A DNA stretch of 64,000 nucleotides from Candidatus Bathyarchaeota archaeon (GTDB lineage: Archaea; Thermoproteota; Bathyarchaeia; Bathyarchaeales; Bathyarchaeaceae), in the NCBI GenBank assembly GCA_030608565.1, contig JAUWDY010000001.1, positions 104,238-168,237 on the forward strand, in the 5' to 3' direction. The notes under the pieces were generated by a model that had not been told where the DNA came from, made no database searches, and saw nothing but the letters and a program-made list of their open reading frames with translations. Of the stretch, positions 8,809 to 18,361 are shown in pieces (position 1 is the stretch's first letter; the number at the start of each line of letters is the position of its first letter). The position numbers and the translations under genes are program-made.

Positions 8809-9207
8809 CTACTTCGCTCCTTTTATGGAATCTAGCCAAACCCCGCGTCCCGTCAGAATCTCGAAGTCTGGGCTCCCGCATTTGGGGCATTTCAGGTATG
8901 TGTGAGCAATTTCTGGGACAAAATGAATGAACTCTGACACGTCGTGATCCATGTTCTTCGTGCTAAACTTCCATTTGTGATTACAAACTCTGCACTTTAA
9001 CTCAGCCTTTACAGTTTCCAAACTAAATTTGGCGTTTTTGAGCATGGGAGACCGAAGTTGAGACAAAGCGAACTCGAATATTTCTTGGTCTATCTGCTGT
9101 AGTTCACCGATTTTGATTTTGAGTTCAATGACCTCTTTTAGTTCCTTTTCTTCCGCTATTTTAAGGGTAGTAGAGATCACTGCTTCCGCTAAAGCCCATT
9201 CATGCAT
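8809..9207 (-). CDS. hypA: hydrogenase nickel-insertion protein HypA
   Basis: N-terminal MHEWALAEAV and zinc site CRVC...CPKCGS. Confidence 0.9.
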   Translation of the reverse strand: MHEWALAEAVISTTLKIAEEKELKEVIELKIKIGELQQIDQEIFEFALSQLRSPMLKNAKFSLETVKAELKCRVCNHKWKFSTKNMDHDVSEFIHFVPEIAHTYLKCPKCGSPDFEILTGRGVWLDSIKGAK

Positions 9208-9289
9208 AGTGAGCCTACAGACTAGTTATGTATTAAAATGTTGTTGAGTTGTTGCCACACGAGATTACAAGAAAGAAGAGGCTTGGATA

Positions 9290-10735
9290 TTAGAGGAAGC
9301 TGAGAGACCGTGCTTCCTTAAGGTAACTCTCTGCATCAAGTTTCCACGCTTTAACGTCAAATTCTCCTCTCGTCTCAGCGAGACCCTTCACAAAATTTCC
9401 AGCGTCCGAATCTTTCCACCAAACTTCACCGTAGTCCTGCCTTAATCTTTCTCTGACTGCTGCAACTCTAATGGACGCAATCACGTAGCTTGGCGAATAC
9501 ATATCGTAGCTAGGCATTACATGATGAAGCAACCAATAGTTTCCGGGAACCTCTATGAAAAACCGCTTGGTAAGTTCTTGCCACCGTTTTGCAGCTTCTT
9601 CGATGCTGTACCCCTTCTTCCAGAACTCCATCTTCATGATGCCGTTCGCCGCGTAAAATGTTAGGAACGCCAACTCCATGAATCTTCTACGATCAATGAT
9701 TTCATTGATGACTCTGTCCGATAGTTTTAGTTCTTGCTTGAGAAAGAGTGGGGTGTCAAGCATGCTTTCAATAAGGATGCTAAAGGTTTCAGCCACACTC
9801 CTGGGGACAACATAACGTTTCCATACAGGATCATCTGGATTAGCACATATGCCATGGATACCATGCCCGAACTCATGGAAGACGCTTCCAAAATCTGCGA
9901 AGGGTGATACTTTGCGGAAGCAGACTCGAACGTCGTTGGGAATCTGGATTCCATAGCAGAAAGCACTGGGGCTCTTCTTCTCGCGATCTTCAGCATCTAC
10001 CATGATTTTGGAAGGGTTAAATCCGAAGGTTACAAGAAACCTCTTGACCTCATCTAAGGCGTCTATCTTCTCAAAATACTTATTCAACGGCTCGTATATG
10101 TGACCTCGCCAAGTATAATAATCATCATAATATTCCATTTTCTTCTTGCCCAAAACCTCGGGTGCAAAATGTGCAGCCGCAGCCAGAAAAGTATCCTTGG
10201 CTCCATCCCCTAACCTAATGAGCAGATCCCGCAACTCATCGTATCTTATGCCTTCAAACTCCAAATAACTGTCCAGAGGAGTAAGATCATACTTCTCATA
10301 CACATCCTCTGAGATGCCCATCCGCTTCTCGACGAGAAAGGCTATGTCAGGAGCCTTCGCTATGAAATCGTCGAACACCTCCTTCCGCTTCATGTAATCA
10401 TCCGTCCCAGAGTTGAATTGACGCCAGTTCCCCCAATTCACCCTGCGACCTGCGATTCTATATTTCTCGGTAGATATCTTCTCCATCCGTTGATCATGGA
10501 GATCGAGTTCCGTCTCCAGTTTCTCAGCATCCGCAACAGTTGCTATTGAGGTCAAGTACATACTTCGAGGTTCCACAAAATTCCCAAGAAACTCGAGGCT
10601 AACCTCTATGAGCTGGTCCGAAAGCTTCTTCATCATACCCCTGTCGTAGGACAGCCCGGCCATTTGGTTGTAGCGTTGCTCAGAAAATTGAACCGTCAGC
10701 TTCTCATACCTTGATGCGATTTTCTCGAGCGACAA
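9290..10735 (-). CDS. zinc metallopeptidase, M3 (oligoendopeptidase F)-like
   Basis: HEFGH zinc-binding motif (VFHEFGHGIHG). 481 aa. The subfamily was not verified. Confidence 0.55.
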   Translation of the reverse strand: MSLEKIASRYEKLTVQFSEQRYNQMAGLSYDRGMMKKLSDQLIEVSLEFLGNFVEPRSMYLTSIATVADAEKLETELDLHDQRMEKISTEKYRIAGRRVNWGNWRQFNSGTDDYMKRKEVFDDFIAKAPDIAFLVEKRMGISEDVYEKYDLTPLDSYLEFEGIRYDELRDLLIRLGDGAKDTFLAAAAHFAPEVLGKKKMEYYDDYYTWRGHIYEPLNKYFEKIDALDEVKRFLVTFGFNPSKIMVDAEDREKKSPSAFCYGIQIPNDVRVCFRKVSPFADFGSVFHEFGHGIHGICANPDDPVWKRYVVPRSVAETFSILIESMLDTPLFLKQELKLSDRVINEIIDRRRFMELAFLTFYAANGIMKMEFWKKGYSIEEAAKRWQELTKRFFIEVPGNYWLLHHVMPSYDMYSPSYVIASIRVAAVRERLRQDYGEVWWKDSDAGNFVKGLAETRGEFDVKAWKLDAESYLKEARSLSFL

Positions 10736-10864
10736 AATTCTTCTTCTCCAAATACTAGGTTATAGATTAACGAGTTTACGTTCTCTCACAAATATTACAA
10801 TTTTGGTTGACAACTCATCCGAATCTAAATCGACAATATGATAAGCATCCGCATGGTCTAAAGC

Positions 10865-11575
10865 GTGGGCCCTATAGACTTTAAAGTTGAGGTTTCGCTT
10901 GTAATTGCAGGGTGTGGAATGACTGAAAGCCCCTCAATTGAGATTGTTGATGTAACCGAAGATCCCAAGTATGAGCGATTCCACTACTGGTGTATTTTTC
11001 ATACTAAGAAAGATTTTCCTGGAAGCTCCATTTACGAGAAGTATAGACATCGCCGTGAATATTTGGAGTCTGCGATTCCTAAGGGTTTTCGCAAGAAAGT
11101 TTTGTTCTACAAGGGTGACCATGCCGGTATGATCGAGTACGCGCCTGCAGAGGCTTCAGGCCTTCCTATTATGGGTGAGAATATTGTTGTGATGAATTGC
11201 ATTTGGGTTCACAAACGGGCTGCAGGACACCACTTTGGCAAACAATTAGTCGCACACATGATGGAGGATAAGAAAGGGGCAGCTGGGTTCGCCACCTTGG
11301 GTTGCGAGGAGTTTCATAGGGTGTATGTGAGAAAAGATGATATGGAGAGGCTTGGATTCGAATCCGTGGAGTCAATTAAGGTAAAACACAAGGGTATACG
11401 CAAGGGAGGATGCTTCACGACACACCTTATGTGGATGCCAGCAGCCAAGAATGCAAAACCGCCCTCATGGGATGAATCCAAGCTTCTTGAAGGTTTGTTC
11501 TTTTGTGAACATCACCCGCTCTATCATGGAAAACATAGGTGTGAAGAACTGAAGTATATCCTCGAAAAGTGCTGA
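10865..11575 (+). CDS. hypothetical protein, possibly GNAT-like
   Basis: ORF track (GTG start). The internal ATG at 10919 (MTESPSIEIV) is an alternative start. Resemblance to the acetyltransferase fold is weak. Confidence 0.4.
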   Translation: MGPIDFKVEVSLVIAGCGMTESPSIEIVDVTEDPKYERFHYWCIFHTKKDFPGSSIYEKYRHRREYLESAIPKGFRKKVLFYKGDHAGMIEYAPAEASGLPIMGENIVVMNCIWVHKRAAGHHFGKQLVAHMMEDKKGAAGFATLGCEEFHRVYVRKDDMERLGFESVESIKVKHKGIRKGGCFTTHLMWMPAAKNAKPPSWDESKLLEGLFFCEHHPLYHGKHRCEELKYILEKC

Positions 11576-11713
11576 CAAATTTCTCGTTTGCCACGCATTT
11601 GCACACACTCCCCAGAACAGGTAGGCTGGGAGAGATCTGAACAATCACCACGGTAGAGATATCCCACGAACTCCCTTTTCTTCTTAAATTTTTTTGAACT
11701 GTTTGCTCATTGG

Positions 11714-12223
11714 CTACCATTGTTGACGGCGCACTCGCTGCTCGTCGTACTGTGTACGTGGTTCTTTTTCTTCCGCTGGATGACCAATAGAGATCAGGTT
11801 AAGAGGAACAATAGTCTCCGGAATGTTCAACACTTTCCTTATAGGACCGACGCGTTCTCCCCTGGGATAAACACCAAGCCAAACTGCGCCGAGTCCCAAC
11901 GCAGCTGCAGCTAAGAGAAGGTTCTCTGTAGCCGCAGAGCAATCCTGTACCCAATAGCGTGCTGAAATGGTCGTGTCGCCGCATACGACTATGCAGAGGG
12001 GCGCTTTGGACAGCATTTTGCCATAAGGATGAACCCTAGCCAGATTGTCTAGAAACTGTCGGTCGGTTACTACGATGAAGTGCCAAGGCTTGCGGTTTGA
12101 AGCCGAAGGAGCTGCCATAGCAGCCTCTAGCATTGTCTTGATGGCTTTTTCGCTGATCACTTCTGCAGTATATTCGCGTATGCTACGCCGAGCGAAGATC
12201 GTTTTGATCAATTCTTTTGTCAT
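11714..12223 (-). CDS. nitroreductase family protein
   Basis: Motif RRSIREYT near the N-terminus, with PSASNRKPW. 169 aa. Confidence 0.85.
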   Translation of the reverse strand: MTKELIKTIFARRSIREYTAEVISEKAIKTMLEAAMAAPSASNRKPWHFIVVTDRQFLDNLARVHPYGKMLSKAPLCIVVCGDTTISARYWVQDCSAATENLLLAAAALGLGAVWLGVYPRGERVGPIRKVLNIPETIVPLNLISIGHPAEEKEPRTQYDEQRVRRQQW

Positions 12224-12270
12224 CGATCACTCCTCAAAGACTATACGCATTGCTCACAGCAAGAAAAAGA

Positions 12271-12330
12271 TAGCGGTGGGTGGGATTTGAACCCCACCAC
12301 AGTGGAGATATCCCCAGCAATTCCTCTCTT
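12271..12330 (-). other. tRNA-like remnant (T-arm plus acceptor-like 3' end) followed by oligo-T
   Basis: The minus strand reads GCTGGGGATATCTCCACTGTGGTGGGGTTCAAATCCCACCCACCGCTA then TCTTTTTCTT. The T-loop is 8 nt, the anticodon-arm-like hairpin has a 4-nt loop, and there is no 5' half. Confidence 0.3.
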
Positions 12331-12384
12331 TTTTTCCCAGTGTTGACCTTTGCCAACAGACAATTGTTAATCTGAATTGTGTTC

Positions 12385-12597
12385 TCATCCTGTTAGACTT
12401 ATGAGCGCAATCAGGCCAAACGCTGTAATGATTATGCCTGAAACCCTGTTTATCCACTTCAGCTTCTCACCGCTGAATTCTGCACGAAATACGTTGGCAA
12501 CACCGCTCAAAACAAATCACCACAAGGCTGAGCCAGTAAATACACCTAAAACCAACAGTGCCACAGAGACAGAACTCACACTCCCGCCTCCAACCCC
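12385..12597 (-). pseudogene. LysE/RhtB-type exporter C-terminal fragment, frameshifted and 5'-truncated
   Basis: Manual translation gives two frames: GVGGGSVSSVSVALLVLGVFTGSALW* and FVLSGVANVFRAEFSGEKLKWINRVSGIIITAFGLIALISLTG*. Together they resemble the last two TM segments of LysE-family proteins. Confidence 0.5.
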
Positions 12598-12672
12598 TCA
12601 ATCCGGCAAATATCGTCGCAAAAGAAAGAGTTGTAGAATTTTCTCATACAAACCTCATCTACAGTGATATCT

Positions 12673-13287
12673 TTAGCTTAGAATTTGAGGTATGGCTTCA
12701 GTGATACCGCTTATCACAAATTGCACTGCAATAGCTAAGACGAGTATGGCCATGAGTTTCGTAACCACGCGAAGTCCCTCGCTGCCTATAAATTCACTTA
12801 TCTTAGAAGCGTATCTCATCCCCACGTATGACACAGCTATTCCTACCGCAATTGCTACAAGAACGAGAGAACCCTGTAGCAGACCATCCGCTTCAGAGGC
12901 GAGAAGAATAACTGTAGTGATTGTGCCCGGGCCTGCAGTGAGAGGAAACGCAAGTGGAACTATGGCGATGTCCTCAAGTTCCTCTTGAGAGTATTCGCCT
13001 TTTCTAGGATTAAGCATTCTGAAAGCAACTGTGACTAGTAAAATGCCTCCCGCTATTCTGAAGGAGGCGATCGTAATGTTAAATATTGAAAAGAGAAACT
13101 GGCCTGTCAAGGCGAAGAACAATAAAACTACAAATGATATCTGCATAGACTTTGCAATAATTCGGCGACGTTGACTCTCCTTCATATCTTTCGTCAAGGT
13201 GAGATAGATCGCAATAGTGCTAGGGGGTTCTAACACAGCGATAATAGAAGTAACTGCTAGCACTATAAACTCGGGTATTCCAATCAT
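12673..13287 (-). CDS. MarC family (UPF0056) integral membrane protein
   Basis: 204 aa with six hydrophobic segments. Typical MarC length and topology. Confidence 0.75.
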   Translation of the reverse strand: MIGIPEFIVLAVTSIIAVLEPPSTIAIYLTLTKDMKESQRRRIIAKSMQISFVVLLFFALTGQFLFSIFNITIASFRIAGGILLVTVAFRMLNPRKGEYSQEELEDIAIVPLAFPLTAGPGTITTVILLASEADGLLQGSLVLVAIAVGIAVSYVGMRYASKISEFIGSEGLRVVTKLMAILVLAIAVQFVISGITEAIPQILS

Positions 13288-13834
13288 GACGATTCACTTA
13301 ACGTTTGACGGCCTCTAAGATACATCAATCGTTGCATTCTCTTAAAAACCGATTGATAAACTTATCTTCTGCAAGAATTTGCCGGATTAGAATCCGACCT
13401 ATCATGCCGTCAGGCTAGTTACAGAAAAATTACAAAAAATCTTTGCGCGGGGTTATATTAATGTCATCGCTGAGAGAGGAAGGAGGGAAGAACCTCTCTA
13501 CAGCTCTAAACGCTTTCTCCATTCTCTTTCAGTACCTAGGAAGCTAAAGAGTTGATTAAAAGGTAAACTTTACACGATTGACAGTTTTCATAATTCTTTT
13601 CATTACAGTTTTTACATAACAATTTGTTGAGTTCCTTAACCTCTGAATTCATTATTGTGATCCTCATCTCTAGTCTTATCTGAAGCCTTAATATACCATT
13701 TATTTCTTAAAACGACATATTCCCAACACGAAATTCTAAAAGCTCACACCATTAATTGTCATCTCTCCAGCAAACCTTCGCCTCAAAGCTTCACACGGTT
13801 GAAAGATTGGTTTATCGTGTTATCTTGTATTTTT

Positions 13835-13873
13835 GTTGAACAGTTAAACTGTTTTAGTGTTGAACAATTCAAC
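13835..13873. promoter_or_regulatory. paired GTTGAACA boxes with internal palindromes (candidate operator)
   Basis: GTTGAACAGTT-a-AACTGTT at 13835-13853 and GTTGAA-CAA-TTCAAC at 13859-13873. They lie 65-100 bp upstream of the ATG at 13937. Confidence 0.35.
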
Positions 13874-13936
13874 AGAAATATTTATTAAATCTTAATACTT
13901 AATATATATTGACGAACAATACTGGAAGACAAGAAT

Positions 13937-14287
13937 ATGCATAATCCAAGGAGCCTCGTGTGCCCCTACAACAACTGTGCAAAAAAGTTTGACAAACTCA
14001 TTATGCTAACTGATGCAACAAGAATACCTCGAGGCACCTACTATGCTTGTCCCCACTGCAAGTCCCCAGTTGACATAGTCGTCGAAAACCAAAACTTACT
14101 TTCCATCAAACCCCACGGAAACGGAAAAGAAGCACCCCCAATGGGATGCCCATTTCACTTTGGATATCTAGCAGAGCTGAAACAAATATCCAAAGATTTT
14201 CCGACGCCGAAGAACTGCTTGGCATGCCGACAAATCACGGAATGCCTCCTCAACAATCTCGGACTCACAACTAAGCCGACAAAATAA
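13937..14287 (+). CDS. zinc-ribbon protein, hypothetical
   Basis: Contains CPYNNC...CPHCKSP and further Cys pairs. Confidence 0.5.
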   Translation: MHNPRSLVCPYNNCAKKFDKLIMLTDATRIPRGTYYACPHCKSPVDIVVENQNLLSIKPHGNGKEAPPMGCPFHFGYLAELKQISKDFPTPKNCLACRQITECLLNNLGLTTKPTK

Positions 14288-14353
14288 TGTTCAATCCTTG
14301 AAACAGTTCACTAGGCTTTACGTTCCAATTGCGAGCATACTATGTTTTCTTTG

Positions 14354-15142
14354 TTAACACTTTACTTTTTCTTTAGCAATCACTTTCCGGAACGATTTAC
14401 CACATTCGGAGCATCGATAATAGCCTATAGTTAGCCTCAGCCTCTCTCCCGTTCTGCTCGGCCTACCAGCCATACTCCAAATCTTCTTCGGTCTCGTCTC
14501 AGTCCTGCATTGAGGACAGCTAACTAGAACAGCGGCTTCTGGATGGCTTACTATATCTATGAGCCGTCTCCTAAGATCTTCACCAGACTCCTTAACAGTC
14601 TCAACGGAATCAGCTAATGAAACAGCTCCAAGAGCGTCTCGAATCCACCTTGCGAAATCTCCTCTGTTTTGATGAAACTCTATAGAAGTCGCTGGTATCT
14701 CTGTGACCTTTTCTAGAAAGTCTTTCAAACTTACCGCAACCTGATGTAATGGCTGGTCCAAGTCTTCGTAGAAGTGAAAGCCTTTTTCAACCCCAACTTC
14801 TTTTTCGGCTACTATCAGGTATTCCCCCTTAACAATGTTGCATTTCGGAAGCTTGCCATATTTCTTCTTATACTCCTCTAAAATTTCCTTCTTTCGTTCT
14901 TTAGTGTTAGAAGTAAACTCTCTCTTATAATATTTCGTAGCAACTTTGCGCGGATCCTTCGAAAAGTGTGTCTCTGAATACTCTGCAAATTTTTGCTTAA
15001 GGTTTGAACTTTCTCCAACGAATATCAATCGATAGTTCTCATCGTAAAGTTCATACACAGCGGCTTTGGACGGAACATTTCTTGCTTTCTCACCCCAAAA
15101 ATAAAAACTGCCTGAGATTGGCATTTTCTTCACCTTGCACAA
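14354..15142 (-). CDS. hypothetical protein with GIY-YIG-like N-terminus and C-terminal double zinc ribbon
   Basis: AAVYELYDENYRLIFVGESSNLKQKF weakly resembles GIY-YIG. The C-terminus has CPQCRTE...CSECGKS. Confidence 0.45.
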   Translation of the reverse strand: MCKVKKMPISGSFYFWGEKARNVPSKAAVYELYDENYRLIFVGESSNLKQKFAEYSETHFSKDPRKVATKYYKREFTSNTKERKKEILEEYKKKYGKLPKCNIVKGEYLIVAEKEVGVEKGFHFYEDLDQPLHQVAVSLKDFLEKVTEIPATSIEFHQNRGDFARWIRDALGAVSLADSVETVKESGEDLRRRLIDIVSHPEAAVLVSCPQCRTETRPKKIWSMAGRPSRTGERLRLTIGYYRCSECGKSFRKVIAKEKVKC

Positions 15143-15231
15143 ATTACTACGTTAGTCTATTAATAAGTCATTCATCAATTTTTCTCTTGCCAAGAAAAAA
15201 ATAAGTTAAGTTTCTTCTGAAGACAGTTGTT

Positions 15232-15642
15232 CTATTGGCGTACAGTGGATATTTGTACGTAAAATAGCAATTTTTCTCCACAGTAAGGACATAACTTGAA
15301 ATCCGGCAATACATCTTTCCCACACGAAGGACATTTCCTAGGGGTTTCCAAGTCTGTTTCCATTTTTCCGAGTTTCGCCCCCAACATCATCAGTTCAGCT
15401 TTTACGGCGTTTATGCTGTCTCTGACGTTTTCCGTGCTCTCTTTGACCTTATTAAGAAGTATACTATTAGATGCCACAGAATCATTAATCATTTCAAAAA
15501 CGTTTATACCAGATTCCAAATGAAGATCAACTGGATTCTCTTCTGATTTAGCGTCTGAAATTACTCTATTAATGAAAGCCGCAATCGGATCGTGAAACGC
15601 AATAACGCAACTCATACCGAAAAGAACGAATGTAAAAATCAT
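15232..15642 (-). CDS. membrane-anchored coiled-coil protein with C-terminal zinc ribbon
   Basis: N-terminal TM segment, then CPSCGKDV...CPYCGEKL. Overlaps the upstream ORF by 4 nt. Confidence 0.5.
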   Translation of the reverse strand: MIFTFVLFGMSCVIAFHDPIAAFINRVISDAKSEENPVDLHLESGINVFEMINDSVASNSILLNKVKESTENVRDSINAVKAELMMLGAKLGKMETDLETPRKCPSCGKDVLPDFKLCPYCGEKLLFYVQISTVRQ

Positions 15643-15854
15643 GGATGCCCAAAATACGATGCAGCACCTATTTCCCCAAACATATTATAAATCAATCCAT
15701 AAAATGGATTAAGTTTCAGCAGTGAATTTGTGCCTCCAAGCGTGAAAGAAAGAACAGCATCAAAAGTATGCAAAACTCCTAGAAAGGTTAAGAACCCAAA
15801 TATCCATACACATATTCCTTTCTTAACTGGCAATTCGAAACTTTCAGAATTCAC
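15639..15854 (-). CDS. small membrane protein (71 aa)
   Basis: Two hydrophobic segments. Translationally coupled to 15232..15642. Confidence 0.4.
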   Translation of the reverse strand: MNSESFELPVKKGICVWIFGFLTFLGVLHTFDAVLSFTLGGTNSLLKLNPFYGLIYNMFGEIGAASYFGHP

Positions 15855-16048
15855 TACATTTTTTCTATAAAGTTCTTCTATAAGACATATATTTCCAAAA
15901 TCGATATATTACCAAAAAAGAGCACTATGCTTATCACATTTTTTCTTCCGTAAGAGTCTACTATTCGAACCCTACTCGATGAACTACAATGCTTTTATAT
16001 CATCTTCCACAAAAAGTCAGTCCGTGATTATCTAAGACTTCCGATTAG

Positions 16049-16600
16049 GTGTTAGAAATGAGTGAGATTGTAGATCAAGACCGCAAGATGTTGGACAATA
16101 TGCCAAAAGACAAGCTGCTTGATTTATTCTTCCTGCACATCAGAAATCTATGGAGAGTAGACGGCCTATACTTCCTTGGAATAGAAGAGAAATTCGGCAC
16201 CGATGCCGCTACGGAGATAGATGCAAATTGTTGGCGACTGATGGGAAAACTAGAAGCTAGAGCGCTTAAAAAGACGTTAGGAATGAAAGGAAACGACATT
16301 GCTTCCATGATACATGCGTTAAAGAACACAAGCTGGGCGCTGGACCAGCGAGACAAAGAAACTGAGGTATCAGAGACTAGAGGCATTTACAGAGTAAATA
16401 AATGCAGAACACAGCTGACAAGAATCCGCAAGGGACTTGGAGAGTTTCCCTGCAAAAAAGTTAGATTCGGCTATCTGAAAAGCTTCGCTGAAGAAATGAA
16501 CCCAAACATAGAAGTGAACTGCAAGATCTGCCCACCAGGTGAACACCCTCAAAACATTTGGTGCGAATGGGAGTTCAAGTTGAAAGAGGATAAGACATGA
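16049..16600 (+). CDS. hypothetical cytosolic protein
   Basis: ORF track, 183 aa. C-terminal Cys pair CKICPPGEH...WCEW. Family not recognised. Confidence 0.5.
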   Translation: MLEMSEIVDQDRKMLDNMPKDKLLDLFFLHIRNLWRVDGLYFLGIEEKFGTDAATEIDANCWRLMGKLEARALKKTLGMKGNDIASMIHALKNTSWALDQRDKETEVSETRGIYRVNKCRTQLTRIRKGLGEFPCKKVRFGYLKSFAEEMNPNIEVNCKICPPGEHPQNIWCEWEFKLKEDKT

Positions 16601-16612
16601 AAAATGCCCATA

Positions 16613-18361
16613 CTATTCGTTTTTCATTTTCTCCCTAAGTATTTTGGTGGCTTCCCAATCGATTTTCATTGTCTTCAACTCGATAATGACCCCGTAATCA
16701 TTTCGAACAGAATCCAGTGAAACTAAGTCGTTGATGACATCCCTAAGGACCAACTCTGGTTTTCGCTCCAGTGGATCACCGTAGCCTCCTCCACCCGGTG
16801 TCCTGACGACGAATGTATCGCCCTGGCTCATTTTTACCGTGCATTTCGACTTCAACTTAGCCTTTCTGCCGTCCCGTTTTAATATTAGATATTCGCCTTT
16901 GGCTCCAGGCTTACCTCCATATAATCCCCATGGAGGAAACTTGTTTCTTTCAGCCAAGACAGAGAGAGTAGCAGAAGGGGCAAGTAGCATCCAACTTCGT
17001 TCCACGCCTACACCACCTCTCCACTTGCCGGGCCCGCCACAATCTCTCCTCAACTCGTACTTGAGAAATCTTATCGGGTAAATCCCCTCAATCGCTTCAA
17101 TAGGCGTGTTCATCGTGTTCGTCATATGCGTATGTATCGCGTCTATACCATCTGATCCCTGTCTGCCGCCAAAACCGCCTGCAATCGTTTCATAAAACGA
17201 CCAAGGCTTACCAGTCTTAGGATTAACTCCTCCCACAGACACGTTGTTCATGGTTCCCTGGCACGCCGCACAAACTCTCTTCGGAACGATCTGTGCAAAC
17301 GCCTTTAACAAAACATCCACATTTCTTTGAGAGGTCTCCACGTTTCCCCCGGCTACCGGAGCTGGCGAGACAGGGTTCAGGATTGTTCCTTTTGGTGCAT
17401 AAACCTCAACTGGTCTATAACAGCCGTCATTTGTAGGTATCGTGGGGTCGGTGACGCATTTTAGAGTGTAGTAGACGCCGGAAAGCGTGACTCCCCATAC
17501 AGCATTGATTGGCCCGTCAACTTGGCTGTCCGTGCCTGTGTAGTCAATTTTCAAGTTACTTCCTCGGACGGTTACAGCGACTTTTATTTTAACGGCTTCA
17601 TCACTAACCCCCGTATCCTCCAAACAGTCTTCGGCCTCGTACTGTCCCTCAAGCATCTTATCTATCTCAGCCCTCATCATTTTCTCCGAATAATCCAAGA
17701 CTGCTTCGATGGCTTCGTGGAGTACATTGACACCATATCTTTTCGCGATTTCAACAACCTTGCGTTCGCCGAGAATGTTGGCCGCCATCTGAGCTCTTAA
17801 ATCACCCATCATAACATCGGGGGTTCGAACATTACTCAAGATAAAACCTGCAAGGTCTCCATCGATTTTCCCTTTTGCTACGAACTTAACAGGAGGTATG
17901 ATAATGCCCTCTTGATACAGTTCAGTGGCGTCGCCAGCCATGCTTCCGGGAGCTTTGCCACCGACATCAGAATGGTGTGCCTTGTTCGCTACGTAGCCAA
18001 TTATCTCGTCATCAAGGAAGATAGGGCTAATCAGCGTGATATCTGGTAAGTGGGTGCCACTGATGTAAGGGTCATTAAATAGTATCATGTCACCTTCTTC
18101 AAGTTCTCCCTTGAAGTACCCTAGTCCTTCTTGAACTGCCCAAGCCATAGATCCAAGGTGAACTGGGATGTGCTCAGCTTGGGCTGCCAGCCTCTTTTTA
18201 TGGTCGAAGATGGTGCATGAACAGTCCATTCTTTCTTTGATATTGGGAGAATAGGCTGAGTTTCTTAGCGTGATTCCCATTTCCTCAGCTGCGTATGTCA
18301 AAGCACCTTTAATCACTTCAACGGTTACAGGGTCAACTTTCAACCTGTTTTCCTCCTGCAA
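16613..18361 (-). CDS. hydantoinase B / oxoprolinase family protein
   Basis: 582 aa. N-terminal [12 protein letters not shown] and the overall HyuB pattern. Overlaps the HyuA-like gene. Confidence 0.9.
   Translation of the reverse strand: MQEENRLKVDPVTVEVIKGALTYAAEEMGITLRNSAYSPNIKERMDCSCTIFDHKKRLAAQAEHIPVHLGSMAWAVQEGLGYFKGELEEGDMILFNDPYISGTHLPDITLISPIFLDDEIIGYVANKAHHSDVGGKAPGSMAGDATELYQEGIIIPPVKFVAKGKIDGDLAGFILSNVRTPDVMMGDLRAQMAANILGERKVVEIAKRYGVNVLHEAIEAVLDYSEKMMRAEIDKMLEGQYEAEDCLEDTGVSDEAVKIKVAVTVRGSNLKIDYTGTDSQVDGPINAVWGVTLSGVYYTLKCVTDPTIPTNDGCYRPVEVYAPKGTILNPVSPAPVAGGNVETSQRNVDVLLKAFAQIVPKRVCAACQGTMNNVSVGGVNPKTGKPWSFYETIAGGFGGRQGSDGIDAIHTHMTNTMNTPIEAIEGIYPIRFLKYELRRDCGGPGKWRGGVGVERSWMLLAPSATLSVLAERNKFPPWGLYGGKPGAKGEYLILKRDGRKAKLKSKCTVKMSQGDTFVVRTPGGGGYGDPLERKPELVLRDVINDLVSLDSVRNDYGVIIELKTMKIDWEATKILREKMKNE

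Noticed and set aside
12254-12667. Track ORFs of 67 aa (minus strand) and 96 aa (plus strand) in the nitroreductase-MarC spacer.
   Set aside because: The region is better explained by the frameshifted LysE-type tail and the tRNA-like remnant. Neither ORF has features.
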